A stretch of DNA of 61,725 nucleotides, the filler included, from Bipalium vagum (lineage: Eukaryota): the NCBI GenBank assembly GCA_037834085.1. It is 3 parts of 3 records of this genome, joined end to end, with 100 filler letters (N's around TTAATTAATTAA, not from the genome) between each part and the next. Parts side by side here need not be neighbours in the genome. Positions count along the whole stretch, not along the records: positions 43,565 to 61,725 come from JBBMKC010038602.1; 2 more parts are not named here. One strand, written 5' to 3'. Both the position numbers and the translations under genes were made by a program. Under the pieces are notes generated by a model. That model saw only the letters and a list, made by a program, of their open reading frames with translations, was not told where the DNA came from and ran no database searches. The first letter of the stretch is position 1. Each line of letters starts with the position of its first letter. Positions 60,431 through 61,725 of the stretch are shown here, one piece after another.

Positions 60431-61632
60431 GCTCAATCAAGTATATATGTAAATCTATGTAATCAGATTTTATCAGGATGATATGGCACTAAACTAAAAT
60501 AAACAATGCTAGAACTATCTAATTTACGGTCTACAAGAAAAAATTTGAAATAAAAATAATAATTTGAATAGATCTTTTGTTTCTTATTCAATTGTTTTAA
60601 TGAATCCGGTGCCAACCCATGGGATAATAACAATGTACTAATCATCAAACCAGTGACGAAAAGCATAATAGAAAAATCAAGGATGACAAAACCAAGATTA
60701 ATTATATAATAAAACCAGCATGAGTATACTATCAAACATGGTCCATAGGAACACCAAAATTCGGATTTTTTCATTCTTAATATTTTTTTATTTCTCTGAT
60801 ATTCTTTATACCAGTTTCTTTTTCGAAATTATTAAATATCAATTTGACGGATGATAAAGAAAAATGAATAAATAATGAAATGAAAAATAAATAAAATGAG
60901 TACATAAAACATTAGAAATCTCTTAGTGGAGAATATAAATGTATTTTAGTCAATAAAAATTAAAAGAATAAATAAAGTCGTCGCAAATAATATATTTCTT
61001 ATTTTCTTAAGACAAATAATAAAATTGGATATTATGCATTCATAAATTGATTAAATAAATACTTCCTCTTTCTATTTTATAATTCTCACAATTTTTTCCA
61101 ATAAAAATCAGAAATTTTCTATGAGATTGACATTATTATAAAATTGATTTTTGTTTAATGAAATTTTATTTGATACCGACAATACTTCCCTCATCAGTAT
61201 TATAGTTACCCTGTAAGCAGGAAATCTTTTCTTTAATTTTCATCAAGCATTTCAATTAAATTTTTCAATTAATTTAGTAAACTTTCCAAATATATGGAAT
61301 TTTTTCATCTAAAAAATCTAACTTGAAATTGGCGTATGATAATCAGGTTTTAAAAAGAAAATATTAACAACATTTTCGTACTATATTTAGATTAGTAATT
61401 AAAAAACAGAAATTAATTATAATTTAAATAAATAAATTTTTTTTAATTTATTTAAATTTTTTTTGTGTAAATTATCTGGACCACTGATTATTTTTAAAAA
61501 TTTTAGAAGCCTTTAAAACTCTTAAATATAATTTAATAATTTAAATATAATGTAATTATTATTAAAATTGTAATATTGTTTGAATTTTTTATATTCCAGT
61601 TATATAACCATGGATTGTTCCAAAATCTGGAT

Positions 61633-61725
61633 TGTAAAATCCCGAGTTTAAGCTGCAGCGCGTATTAGCTGCAGATGACATTTTATAAAAATGTATTTTT
61701 TAGTCGTATAAACTGCAGCACGTAT
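61633..61725 (+). mobile_element. pogo-like terminal repeat running off the window
   Basis: TGTAAAATCCCGAGTTTAAGCTGCA with repeated TA(A/G)GCTGCA subterminal motifs. Confidence 0.5.

Overview
Very AT-rich eukaryotic (animal) genomic DNA with many 43-69 nt introns and four assembly gaps. A flatworm, possibly a planarian, is my guess and is not proven. Host genes reconstructed by hand: the 3' part of an ERK MAP kinase (+, 6392-12953) with one clear and one probable U12 minor intron; SRP receptor alpha (+, 16919-19987); RFWD3 RING/WD40 E3 ligase (+, 20700-23137); a divergent Rab4 (-, 33715-32957/32914) with no canonical prenylation motif; and the terminal C2B exon of a synaptotagmin-like gene (-, 47681-47317). 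The rest is mostly decayed mobile DNA: many Tc1/mariner remnants (DD34E, DD35E, maT-like, DD41D, mariner) and MITEs, a decayed Polinton/Maverick (penton, packaging ATPase, pPolB, plus two small membrane-protein ORFs), and three copies of an LTR family, two of them ~950-970 bp solo LTRs with 4-bp TSDs. Two decayed multi-exon genes are also present, one with FN3-like repeats. The most unusual signal is a ~75-nt GC-rich island conserved in all three LTR copies. It folds with a compensatory base change and two GNRA tetraloops, and is followed by an invariant GGTGAGA splice donor.
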